A DNA stretch of 64,000 nt from Acanthaster planci (Eukaryota), in assembly GCF_001949145.1 (NCBI RefSeq), contig NW_019091361.1:2713825-2777824 (forward strand). The letters are read 5' to 3'. This document shows positions 38,151-50,513 of this stretch, piece by piece. The notes beneath the pieces are model-generated. The model saw only the letters and a program-made list of their open reading frames with translations. It was not told the DNA's origin and ran no database searches. Position 1 is the stretch's first letter. Each line of letters starts with the position of its first letter. The translations under genes and the position numbers were made by a program.

Positions 38151-38303
38151 GTCAACAACATCTCAGAAGCCATGAAAACTTTGCAGGAAAAGAAGGTCAA
38201 AGTGCTAGACCCTGAGCCCAAGATTGGTGCCCACAGCAAGCCAGTGGTGTTCCTTCATCCGAAGGACTGCGGTGGCGTTCTGGTGGAGCTTGAGGAGGCA
38301 TGA
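38151..38303 (+). CDS. MCEE: Methylmalonyl-CoA epimerase, exon 5 (stop TGA)
   Basis: tttttttttgcctcctag|; VNNISEAMKTLQEKKVKVLDPEPKIGAHSKPVVFLHPKDCGGVLVELEEA* matches the MCEE C-terminus. The five exons total 501 nt in frame. Confidence 0.96.
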   Translation, partial: VNNISEAMKTLQEKKVKVLDPEPKIGAHSKPVVFLHPKDCGGVLVELEEA

Positions 38304-38528
38304 TGCATGCTGTAACGTTAACCATCCACGTGGAAAACTGTACATTAATGCCATTTGGTCATGCAGTAGCATGCATATGGCATCATCAGGGCATGACTGG
38401 GCTTGCCTGTTGTGGGCCAAGATGGTTATGGAGCCTCCGTGTCACGTTTGAGAAATTTATTTGTACATGATTGGCAGTCCCCTCTTGAAGAGCATGCACA
38501 ACTAAACACAAGAGGTATTTTGCGTTGC

Positions 38529-38651
38529 GAGAGCTTGCAAAAAAATTCACAAGCTCACTCGGGTGGGACTCAAACCCACCCACCCAGTAAGCAGGAGGTC
38601 ATGGGTTCGAGTCCCACCCGAGTGAGCTTGTGAATTTTTTCGCAAGCTCTC
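38529..38651. repeat. 50-bp inverted repeat of tRNA-derived SINE-like sequence in the predicted MCEE 3' UTR
   Basis: 38529-38578 pairs with 38602-38651 (48/50). The right arm contains a Pol III B-box (GGTTCGAGTCC). AATAAA lies downstream at 38718-38723. Confidence 0.9.
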
Positions 38652-41600
38652 AGACAAGCACTGAGCATACCATGTTTATCAATATATACGTTGGGTAAGG
38701 GCAAAACCTGTTATATAAATAAACACAAGAGTCTCTAAACAGAAATATTATTCCCAAGAAAGTCCACTTGCACTACTCATGTTTGAGCACATGCACTATC
38801 TGCTCTCTCATTTGTGCCAAGTAGTAATTAGATTTGTACTTAAGTTGTGCACCAAAGTGCACTCAACTCCAACCCAAGATGTGAAAATAGCAGCACACCC
38901 TTTACAGAGAGAACTTTCAGTTCATGATGTTCATCAGTTATGATGCTTGCATGATAGGAGCACTGTTGATGTATCAATTGAGGCACTCTGGCAACGGATT
39001 AGAGACACCGTTTACAAGGAAATGAACCCCAAATGAAAATCTAGCCCATTGCAGGAGTAGTTTATATTATGCTGAAAGAATTGATCTCATCTTTTCCCGA
39101 TGAGGTCATTTGACAACTCTGTACCACCTGATGCATGTCTGCACATACAGATGTCCTGCCAGGCACACTAACAGTACATTTTTAATTATTAGCATAAAAT
39201 CAGGTAGGCCTATCTTTACAAAAGTAACAAGACACTTTTAGAACCTTAAGTCACAGCCTCAAAATGGAAGTCGAGTTATATGCAGTGTTTGAAAGTGCTT
39301 GCGATGGAAGTTGTTGAAATCAGTATGTATGAATGGTTGGGAGCTGGTTTAGAGAGGGAGGTTGGCAGTTAGTGCTGTAGGATCTTTGGTGTCGGCTGCC
39401 ACTTTCAAATAAAGTTCTCTCCAAGGAGAGTGAGTCCGACTTCAGTGTTGGATCCATTGACTGCTGCATCAATTCTTAATTTGACCAACTAAGAATTGCC
39501 AGTTGTATGAATTGATATTCTTAATCGATTCTATTTAGTCATTCAGCGTTCATTGCGAAGTCACAGCGTGTGTGTGGAACTTTCTGCAGTTCCGTTTGCA
39601 TACAAATGAAAGATTCTTTATTTATGTCTTTATGACAGAGGCCTCCAAATATAAATAGCATTACATGACATGTTGAAAAACAGTTAGCAAACGTCCACGC
39701 TTACAGTTCACATTAGCCCTGTTTTATTTCCCAATGTCTTTAATACTGAAATTAATATTGCAACATCGTATCGAATTTTGAAGTTAGTGTCAAAGAGAGA
39801 GACAAAGCAAAGCTGCGACTTGATGGTAAAACAGAAATGTTTCTGTTACACAACCAATGCAGGTGACCGGTGAGGGCGTTTTAAGCGGTAGGGGGCCCGG
39901 GACTAATGCTAAATTTCTCTGCGTCTGCAATACGCAGGCTGGTCATTTTGTATATTGTGTACATTGTGTGGTTTTCTGTGAAAGGTGGCATACATTTTTA
40001 TTCCGAGTGTGCTTTTTTTATTTAGCAAGAAATTTACTGAAACGTTCAAGATGTTTTGCAATCTTTTTGGTTGCTAAGCTTGTATAATTATAGAGATCTC
40101 AATCGCGAACTGTTTCATAATTATGAGTGGAATGTAGGCAAAGTCTCGAATTCAATTAACAAATAGACTAATAAAAATTATTGATGACGTTTGTGCAATA
40201 AGAAGTTTTATACGGAGAAAACCTGTAAGCAAACATATGTTCAGAAAACCAGCTACAGAATATCATGAAAAGCTACGTGGCAGTCCAATGGGTTTAACTA
40301 AGCAAAAATTGCCCCCTTTAGGGAACTCGACGGTGACATGCGTCGTGCTCTTAGAGACGAGTCTTTCCGTTGCGCCGAATCCAGTGGGGGAGAGGCGGTC
40401 CAGGCATCGGAATGGGAGATTTCGCGAATCACTATGACTTGCCAACTTTCTGCCGTTGCGTGAAGTTTCCTCCAAATTTCCTGGTGGATAGCGGGCAATT
40501 TCCCACTAAATTGATCGCCAAAGAGGAGATTTCCCACTTGCAAGGAACCGTGGAGTGAGTCTAGCAGACACGAGACGCCTCCAACATCGCTGCACCTCAC
40601 TGACGACAGAAGTTCTCCTACAAACCACTAAAAATAAGACCCATTTTATCCCCGAAGGCACTTTGGAATTCTCCCTGGGGTTGTGTGACTATCTATTTTC
40701 ATGTCATGTGTCACAGAGTCCGACCATAATCGGACCAAACAGCAACATCTAAACGGTGACTCATGAACAAGCACTGACAGTTGGACACACAAATAGGCCG
40801 TTTCGGATAGCCTTCTGTGGATACATTTCTCCCCCCTTGTTTTTTCTCAATGGCGTACTGTTTCAAATGTGCACTAGACACCAGCTCCTCAAAACACCCA
40901 ATCACGGTCGAAGGTCTCCGTCGGTAGCTGCGCTCCCATTTTGATGCCACTGACAGCGTGCCCCCTCATGCGTGACCAACGCGACGCGTTTCGGGGCTAT
41001 TGTTAATTTCTATTTTTCTCCTGCCGTATAAGAAAGGACGAAGCTTTTGCGCCAAAATCAGCGAAGTTGAACGCCGCCTGACGCCGTGCTGGCTGGCCCA
41101 GGAGCGTTCATCTCTCGGTTCGGTCACATATTCACCAAGTGTGCTGGTAGGCTGATATCGCGCTTATCCTCACAACTGATTCGGTTTCCTCTGCGCGTTG
41201 TTTCCCGCCAACGTCCTGGTGACAATAAAAATAGTTGTCTTTGAATACAATGACTAGACAGTATTCCGGTCACAGATGGCTCAATATACCAGGCAGTAAA
41301 AGACGTAAGGCGCCTATTACTGCTACCTTAGCACTTGGTTTGGTTCACAGAAACTACACGAGGTAACAGCTACTTATTGCAGGGTTGAAATCAGCCGTAG
41401 GAAATTTGCTGGAGAATATTTTACAGTGCAAAGGGCTGTGGACGGTTTGAAATCTGTCGGCAAAATGGGTTTCATTACACATAAACATGGAAATAATACA
41501 AACTACTATTTCAAAACAAAACGAACCGTTCAAGTTGTATCGTGCCTCATGTTGGCCCCATTAAGAAAAATGCAACAAAACTTTACAAGAATTTGTCCCG

Positions 41601-44600
41601 TTTCAATCACCTAATTTGCACCAAGTACAAACATTGAGCCCCCAAATTTAGGCTCACTTATACTTTGCTCTAGACTTTCCTGAAGAGGTGTTGCTAAACG
41701 TTTTGTTCATGAGCCTCGATTCCATTGATTAGGAGATTTGTTTCATTGCTTAAAAGCAATGGTAATAGAAGGCATCCGAAAAATGTCAGTGTCTTAAACT
41801 CAATTCTAAAATTCACAGGCAGTGCCAGGAAACGGAAGAAAAATCAGAAAAAGGGAACGATGACGTGAATGGGATGGATTTTAAAAGAAAATAATCTTCA
41901 CGTTCATGCGAACATGATTTTGATAAATCACGATTGTCTTTCTATCTTTAAATTTACATGGCCAAATTCGAGTTTGTCAGAAATTTATTTGCTTACTCAT
42001 ACATGTGTTTTGAAGCGGTCACTAAATTTGGTATAATGAACAGATGTCTTTAAAAAGCTAGGAATTTCATTTTCTATTCAGATTTGGTTGTTTGAAGTTA
42101 ACTCTCAGAAAACCGCTCCATAAAAACCCTACTCTGGAGGAAGAACCACTTTTGGTCTCCAATAATGGATCCCAATCCTTATCCGAAGAATGCTTTTCTT
42201 TGTTTTTCTTTAATTCCTTAATTGGCCATTTTTAATAAAAGTTCTTAACATTGAAGCTTAATCGGCCAATGCCGGGTAGGCTTTAATCAAATCTGCGTAC
42301 GGTACAACGGCCCGTGTGCAAATCACGAGAGACCATGGAGATTTCCCGCAGCAGGGGACCGACTCCAGCGCGGTCCAGCATTACCGTGCGCACCCGGCGG
42401 CCGCCTGCCGTCCGTACGCGGTCGAGGTACAGCACGTAGCGTGAGGCCCGTACGGGGATCCGATGCATGCAGCGCCTCAACAACAAACGTGTGACTTTGC
42501 CTATGTCGAATCTGTCATTTACCCTCATTAGCACTGCGTCTCATGAAATCTGTCTGTTTCAATATTTTCCACGGTGTTGATTTCAATTCAGCAAACAAGT
42601 ATTTGTTTTCTATCAAAAGACAGAAAAGTAACCTTTCGGGGAAAGCTGATTGCTAATAGATCAATGCATTGTGCACATGTAGGGCCTACATTTTAAATAA
42701 AAATACGTTTTGAACATGCGTAAAAAGAAACTCCAATTTTGTTTGATTGAGAAAAAATTCATTTCCACTAGCACATCCAAGTTTATACAGTTGTTATAGA
42801 AATTTCTATTCACGTGAAATAACCAATACGCTTGTGCTAATTTTTCACACAACATGATCTTTACTCTTTACTACATGAATCAGTGTTTCAGAAAAAAATA
42901 TTACCGGTACTCATTATCTGAGCCAGTGTTTGACGCATGTATCATCGACATGATTCCAACATGTCTTTCTGGACTGATTGAAAACGTGAATAAAATGTTC
43001 TCCAACCAATTTGGCAAAGTGTTCATTCACTTCTGAGAAGTGCATGGTCGTTCATTTTCGTCGGAAATATAAACGTCTTCCATTCCGCTTCATTTCAACG
43101 AAACCAAGGCTTTTTCACTGGATGCGTATAACACTTGAACATCCAGTTAGCCCATGAAAGTAAGTAGCAGAGGGGGGAACTAGGTCGCCCTGTTTACTTT
43201 ATTTCTATCCATTTATTACTATTATTACATGTAATTTAGGGATAACTACCTTCCCTTTTGCTCGTTTTTCTTTGGTTGTCATCGTGGCTATTTCATAAGT
43301 TCTAAAGAAAAATATCGCCCACTCGTATGTTTTGAGTTCCCCTTTATTTTGGGCACCCTCCCTTCGCAAAATGGCAGAACCCCCCCTCCTTTTTAAAGGG
43401 GGAGGTGATTGGATCCGCCACTTTGCTCATGCGTAAACAAAACAAGCAGTAGGGCATCAGGAAAACACAAATATGACGTGCCGCGCAAAATAAAGCGAGA
43501 ATGAAGTACGGGTGTGGTACTCTTCGATATTCGAGTCGCATCCACCGGGATGTGATAGCTGCACGAGGTCATCACAGACAAACCTCTCAAATATTAATAA
43601 GTAAACGTCTCATTAATGAACCAAAGAATAAAGCAGACAACTCTAGCTTCGCCTGCATGAGATAAATCGTTCCACGGCAACAAAAGGTACAGTGACATGT
43701 TAAAGCCGCGGCGATAAACGTCCCGAAAGATTGTGAATAAAACTCGAGGATACCGTTGTCGATCCGGAGGATCAAGGGCAGACACTTCAAGACAGGGCCC
43801 ATGCTGCCCTCAAAAGAAAGTGTTTGACGGGGGGGGGGTAAAGGCAATGTGGAGAACTATTTAGTTTCTTTCTAAAGCGTGTAAAGAGCCTCACAATTTA
43901 ACCCTACCCCTCAGAAAGGAAATAGAAGGTTCCATGAAAAAATTTCAAAATTGCTTTAGTCCCTGAAAAACGGTGCCGCAGGAAAAAAAAGAAAACAATG
44001 AAATATGAGGAGAAAAATGATCATACGTGTATAAGTAAAAGATATCGTGCATAATACTTCTTCTCTACCTCTTTAATCTCCAGGATGTCTTGTCTGGAAT
44101 ATCAAGCACAGTATGGTAGAACTAAATTATGATAAACGTAATTGAATTAGCCAATCAGTGCATAGGCTGCATAGTTCATCTATGGGTCAGCGTTGTCGGT
44201 CAGACTCGGCTCGTTTATAGGATCAGGGAAAACTGTTTTACCCAGCACGCCCAAAATGGTGACGTCACTATCCGTCATCGCAATTGGCCAAGTGAACTCA
44301 GGGACAATTCACTGTGAACAAGAGCACTTTAATACAGCTGTAGGAATGAAATGTATGGGTTACAGTTCAAATGGAGCAAAATACATTTAAACACTGTTCT
44401 TGAAAGGTACAATATCCATTATCGCCTGTATTTTTTCTAATTTATGGAGGAAGTCCCTATGACGATTAACATTATCAATATTCCCCGTAAGATTTGCATG
44501 TACATTCGGTTTTTGTTGTTGTTAAATTGCAAACAAGTCGCAGAAACGCACAAAATACATCGAAGTTGTAATCAGCTGACGTAATTTACAGTTACTTTCA

Positions 44601-45845
44601 TTTTGGTCCTCTCCTTCGTACTGCCAAGTAATTCAACTCAACAGTATGGGTTTACCTGCTCGTCGCACGTTAGGGGATTGAGGCTTCGCATTGTTCGTGA
44701 TGCTGCATCTATTCACTATACGGTTCGATCCAAGACTAACATTAAGTGGCGTTGCAACAGTCTAACTTTGTTTGCAATCCAATGTTAACCCGATAGGTTT
44801 AAAGAACCAAGGAGTGTGGGTCAAGAAGCCAAAAACCTAGGGACAAAGAGGTTTTCAGGTTAGTAATTCCGTTCAAATTCTGGAGTTTGTTGAATAATAA
44901 TTGGAACTGCCAAAATTGAGCAGTTAGGCCTACCTTCATTTAATTGGAAGTGAAACAAAACCATCACAGAGTAGATAAAGTATTTCTGTGCATGCCTTTT
45001 CACACAGAGGAGGTTCATAGTGTTGATTGTTGAGATCTCCCGAACCCAACATAAATGCACGCTCAAATTCCAATCAAAATCGAATATTGCCGCTACTTCC
45101 ATAACTCCAGTACATTTCTAAATCAGAAAGTCAATTTGAATTTACCCAGATCATTTTAAGAGTGTTTTTTTTATACAGTAAAACAAATCATTCAAAGTAG
45201 GCGTTTTCATTTTTATATGACTTTTTAGATATTTTGTTCAACACTGAATACAAAAACTGGCAACAAAGAAACGTGAACTAAATTTCATCCCTGCAGGGGT
45301 ATATTCGCTGATGCTCGTCTTGCAAATGACGGGTATTAATTGCTTCTTGCGCGGAACAGTGTAGACAATGGTAGGACTTTTTCTCTTTCCCTGTGGAATC
45401 TTATACGTATTTTATGTTCATGCCTCAAATGCATAATCCAGATGTTGCACCCATGGGCGGTGTCTATGGGAACTATATTTTGTGAATGAATATTTTATTG
45501 CCGGGAGGCTGTACACCGCGTAGAATTATGCATGTATTCTAGACCGTGTGTGTGTGTGTGTCGTTGGGATGACCTTTGCCAAGTTGATTAATTTACCATA
45601 CAGGTACCACGAGACTGACTCGGTTGCTTCCACAAATTGCATAACTAGACATGATTTTGCAACAAGCGATTTCAAAAGACTCGAGAATGCTAACAATACT
45701 GAGTAAATACATCAAATTATATACAAAGGAAATACTGACAAAATTAAGCGAAATATTATTCTGAAAAATGGTCACGGGACTGTCACACATTGAGCTCGTG
45801 TCACATTTGCATAAATGATTTAGCGCGGCTTAACAACTACATGCA

Positions 45846-46108
45846 AGTGGCATATCCAGTGGGTGGGGGATGGGCAGGGGGCAACGTGCCCCCATGGATC
45901 TTTTCACTTTTATTTTTATTTTAATATTCATTTATCAAATTTTTATCTTAATCTTTTAATGTTTATATATATAATATTAGCAAGGAAACCCTAAGAAAAC
46001 AACACCATGAAATAAAAGCTAGGATTCATCATGTCAAATAACCCCGAAGCCGCATTCGCTTTTGAATTCCCCCACCACCACCACCACCAAAAGCTGGCTA
46101 CGCTACTG
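45846..46108. mobile_element. Degenerate MITE (CAGTGGCGTAGCCAG-like termini)
   Basis: Left agtggcatatccag..., right ...ctggctacgctactg. A related left end lies at ~11510-11560 (agtggcgtagccctgg...gggggcaac...cccccatgg). Confidence 0.5.
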
Positions 46109-47847
46109 CTTCATGCTCACTGATCACAAGTTTGTATGAGTAACGCAAAATCACAGAAACATTCGTAAGCTCAAGGTGGAATAAATTCCTTGGATGAGGC
46201 ACCCCCTTTTGCTTCGGGTCCCATTCGATAAATGTAATGAATCCCGTCATGGTGGTGTTTTAGGTGTTTTAAACTTGGTCTGCGAACGACCTTGCAGTAA
46301 TATATATTTTGACAATGATACCATCACTTTTTAAAATCTATTGGGCTCGTTGTTTTTTCTACCATGCGTCTAAAAATGCTGGTTCACCCTGGATTATGAG
46401 GAGAAAATTAAAAAATGAAGAAGAATATTTTGCTTTAGGTTCGCATAATTTGACTTGCTTCTAGAAGTCCGCAACCAGCATGCGATTGAAAACAAAGAAA
46501 ATATGATACACATACACATAGCCATGGATCGAGAGTATAGGCCTAGATGGCTTTTGAAAAAAAAAATAATAAAAAGTCCCTGTTAATGGCGCCACTTGAA
46601 ATCATGTACACACAAGGTGAGAAAAATTACCGGTACACTAATGAAACAGAAGCTTTTAAAATAACGGCGGTTGGCCGACAATGTTTACTGAAATTCTTTG
46701 ATGGGGTTATCTACTGCCTTACAGATTCGATATTGGATCTGCTCTTTTGACGTCACAGTCGCGTTTTTCCCATGAGTGGCTGCTAAAACTATGGTTGGTC
46801 GTCGGTACAAAAGTAACAGAACAATTCACAAAGTGTTAAAAAATCCCACACAGCTATCAGAAAACCAGGTAATAATATATGTTCTACTGAATACGAAATG
46901 AAAACCCGATCCTGTTAAAAATAAATGAGACAAATGTCCATTTTGAACAAATTTGGGGTAATATCGAAAACCAACACAAACGTGATGTTTCTGCAAACTT
47001 TGGCCGCCCATACAAGTTGTAGGCAAATCCTGAGAGCGGTTTATAGTTTTGTTCAAGACATGTGCCATGATGGAGACGAGTTCTTCACATTATCGTCATC
47101 ACCATTAGCTATTCCGATTTCACTTTTAATAATGAGACAATTAATAAGCTCCGCCAGACCTTAACAGTCGATCACACCATCGCTTGGAGGAGGGTGCCTG
47201 TGATTGTCTGTCTGTCAGCTTGATTTACTAAGGCGAAAGGGCCCAATAAATGAAAGTTGCAGCAATTAAGCCCGTGTCCAGTGTTTTTTTTGTCCCCTGC
47301 AAAACAGAATTTTGTCTTATTTAGCTTCACTAGGCTGTGGAGACAGTTTCAAGTACCAGTCGAGTTGAGAACAAGGTTGTTTCATTTAAATCATGATTTA
47401 AATCATTTTTTTAAAAATCACAAGAATCCTTTTTAAAATTACGTTAAAGAAACCTTGGATTCTTTTGAGGCATTTGAAAGGAAGAAATGGCTGAATTTAA
47501 TATACCGATGCCTTCAAAACATTTCCACACCACCAGAATTGGGTCGTTTTTGTGTATAATGTTTCTCTTTACACTTATTTGACCTGGTATACATGTACAC
47601 CACTCTCCATTTTGTATGATTGTATGTACATATATGTACAAAATTCAATAGCCATTCCATTTACATGCATTTAGATAAAGCCGAATTTAACTCCAAAGAT
47701 GCGTATTTATTCAATAAGTCTCTCAAAATGTTACATTCATAAGGCATGTCATGTGTTAGCAAGTAAAGGAGTTTTATCCCAATACGGGCGATTCACAATA
47801 GTGCGCCTCAAGAGTTTGCAACGCGCAACGTTGCAAATGTTGAAACA

Positions 47848-49568
47848 TTGGTATCATTGCGTGGGGTTTGAATGTTCCTGGATTCTGTGTGCCTTTGCCT
47901 CTGTCATTGTGTTGTGAAGGTGGCTGTAGAGACACCCTACAAAAACGGTGCACATTTCTGGGGAATTTAGATCAGTGAGAAGAGAGTTTCCACCTTCTGA
48001 AAAAGAAAAATAGTTCAGGTTTCAATCCAAAGAAATCGCTGCACCGAAGGCCAGCCAAATGTCATTATAAGAAGTGTTATTTTCCACAGAATGTTGTTCA
48101 TTTAAACGAAACGTGTTGCCACATGCATTAGCATATTTTGAATCGACCCCTTGAAAAGCAGCTTTCATTGTTGGCTGGCCAATCACCATGCGCGAAATCT
48201 GACGACCCAATGCGTGTTTGAAAAGGATCGACAGATTTCGCGCGTTGTGATTGGCTAACGCTTTGCAAACTCTAGAAGGTGCACTTTTGTGAATCACTCG
48301 TATTGAAAAAGCAAAGACACTGATCTTTAATCACCATGTTTTTTATTGAAATTTGCAGAAACAGTTAATGCATACCAAGAGTGTGTGTGTGTGTTTTTCA
48401 GCATACCGGTAATCAACTGGACTTAGCAAACTTTTGTCTTTGATCAGAAAGAAACAGTTCAACATATGGGTCCTTTAGTAATCACATGCTATTTCATGTC
48501 TTGAACTTCAGGACCAAAAGCCTTCAGGACAGTTTGTACAGAGATCGGTGTAAAAAAATCGATCGAAATAAAAAATGTGGTTTAAAGTTTAAAAATCTGC
48601 TTTTTAGGTAAAAAAAACGCATGATTTTTACCAACCCTGCTTTAGAATACTTTTTGCTGCTCATAATTCAGTGCTTTCCGTTTTCATTGTCCTGATTTAT
48701 TTACATCTTGGAAAAAGTCCTGATTTATCATAGATGCTGAATCGATTTTACTGCTGTGTCTAAGTTTTACTTTTCAAATTTCTAGCTAGTTGTATTCTTG
48801 CCACCATGCACCTTTTTTGAAGCGCTCACTGCAGTTTGACTGTTCAAAGTGCCTAAGACATAATATGTCCGCAAGGAGGTTCTTTAATGGGGAAGTATTG
48901 GCTATTCAAATGAAGTATCCGTGGCATACTGTCGTTTTAACGCGAAGTGTATTTCTTTTCTCGGAGAACATGTTTCCAGTGCTTCATGAGCCGAGACCGC
49001 TGGGCTATCCTTTGAAGAGTTTATACCCTAAAATAGATGAACCAGTTGTCCTCAATTTCCAAACCAGTGCGGTGTCCTCAACAGGTTGTGGACAATGGTT
49101 TGCCTGTCACAATGGAGTGACGAAATACCTGTTACAACGCTATGGATATAAAATACAACGCAATTCATGACTCAAATCCCAACAACTAAACAGTTCTGAT
49201 GTCTCAACTGTCGAAGGAAAATACCCTAGCCAGCAAGGACAGCCAACAATGAAAGCTATATTGGGGGGGGGGGGGTTCAAAATACACTAACGCATATGGC
49301 AGCACACTTCGTTTAAATAAACAACCTGTGAAAAATAACACTTCTTATAATGAAATTTGGCTGGCCTTCGGTGCAGCGATTTCTTCGAATTAAAACCTGA
49401 ACTTTTCTTCTTATTGCAGAAAGTGGAAACACTCTTCTCGCGGATCTAAATTCCCCAGAAATTTGTACTTTTTTCATAGGGTGTCTCTACAGCCACCCTC
49501 ACAACACAATGACAGAGGCAAAGGCACATGAAATCCAGGAACATTCAAACCCCACGCAATGATACCAA
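47848..49568. mobile_element. ~1.7-kb foldback-type element with ~330-bp inverted arms
   Basis: 47848-48180 is the reverse complement of ~49237-49568, with long exact blocks (ttggtatcattgcgtggggtttgaatgttcctggatt; aagaaatcgctgcaccgaaggccagccaaat). Internal 24-bp hairpin at 48178-48201/48232-48255. No transposase recognised. Confidence 0.9.
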
Positions 49569-50425
49569 CAACACCATTGTTTCTAACGTCACTAGCAACT
49601 CTTCCAGACATTCGGGTTAATGCCGTGTCTTTAAAACTCAACCAGATGGCAATTTAGTTTCAACAACATGAACAATCGATAGATAGTATAAGTCTGGAAA
49701 TTTTCTTTCTTTCTTTCTGTCTTTGTCGTCAGGTTTAACAAATCGTTCAGATTAGGAAAAATTGGTAAAAACAAAGCCCCGTCTATCCAATAACAATTGC
49801 GATTGAAAGGAAAACAGATTTGACAAAACTTAAGTTCCACATGCATCGGACTTCATTTACAATGTTATGGCATCATCCTAAAAATCAAATTGTTGTGGCC
49901 AACTGCTTTACCTTTTTTTGTCATAATCTGTCCGGCGCACAGTCACGCGACAGTTTTTCTAACAGTGGGTAAACTGTTTTAGAAATCTGTAAGTACAAAT
50001 GCAGTTGTTGCCAACCTCGTGACGTGCCATGGAGTAATCGCTACTCAATGTGTACAAGCATACCCCAGAGACCTTATTGTCCTGTTCATCCGTGGAAAGT
50101 TCAAAAACACCCGCCTTCGGTCCACAATGGTTTGTCTCTGACATTTTATCCACATGCCATACAATGAACTTTTTGGTATTTTAAGTTCCTCTAACAAAGG
50201 ATTTATTATGTTCTGCACGACACGCAAGTACAAGTGTGTCTTACAAAGCCTTTTTTATGTCGAAACCTGGGGGTCAAATCTTTTGTCTAGGGAACTGTAA
50301 CATATTGTACTAGGCATCAATTCAAAACGGAGCGCTGCAAACCAGTACAGGAAGTAATTTAATATGCACACATCTTGTTCAATCTCGTCGATTCACGTGG
50401 TAAACGTAGCTCCTAGATGCTTCGC

Positions 50426-50513
50426 GGCAAACTACACTTATCTTTGGTAACCTAGCTTTATGACGCATAGGTGACACTCATACAGCTAGATAACCAAAGA
50501 GAATTGCATCGCC
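50426..50513 (-). ncRNA. mir-9: microRNA precursor mir-9 (5p = miR-9, 3p = miR-79)
   Basis: Minus 50500-50478 = TCTTTGGTTATCTAGCTGTATGA (canonical miR-9-5p). Minus 50461-50439 = ATAAAGCTAGGTTACCAAAGATA (miR-79/miR-9-3p type). The arms are separated by a 16-nt loop beginning GUGU, and a basal stem (ggcgatgca / tgtagtttgcc) is present. Confidence 0.98.

Noticed and set aside
40980..41000. gacgcgtttcg (reverse complement CGAAACGCGTC), like a hammerhead 3' half
   Set aside because: No CUGAnGA core or stem II at the expected position.
48790..49170. 126-aa ORF inside the foldback element as a transposase
   Set aside because: No DDE or DNA-binding motif recognised.
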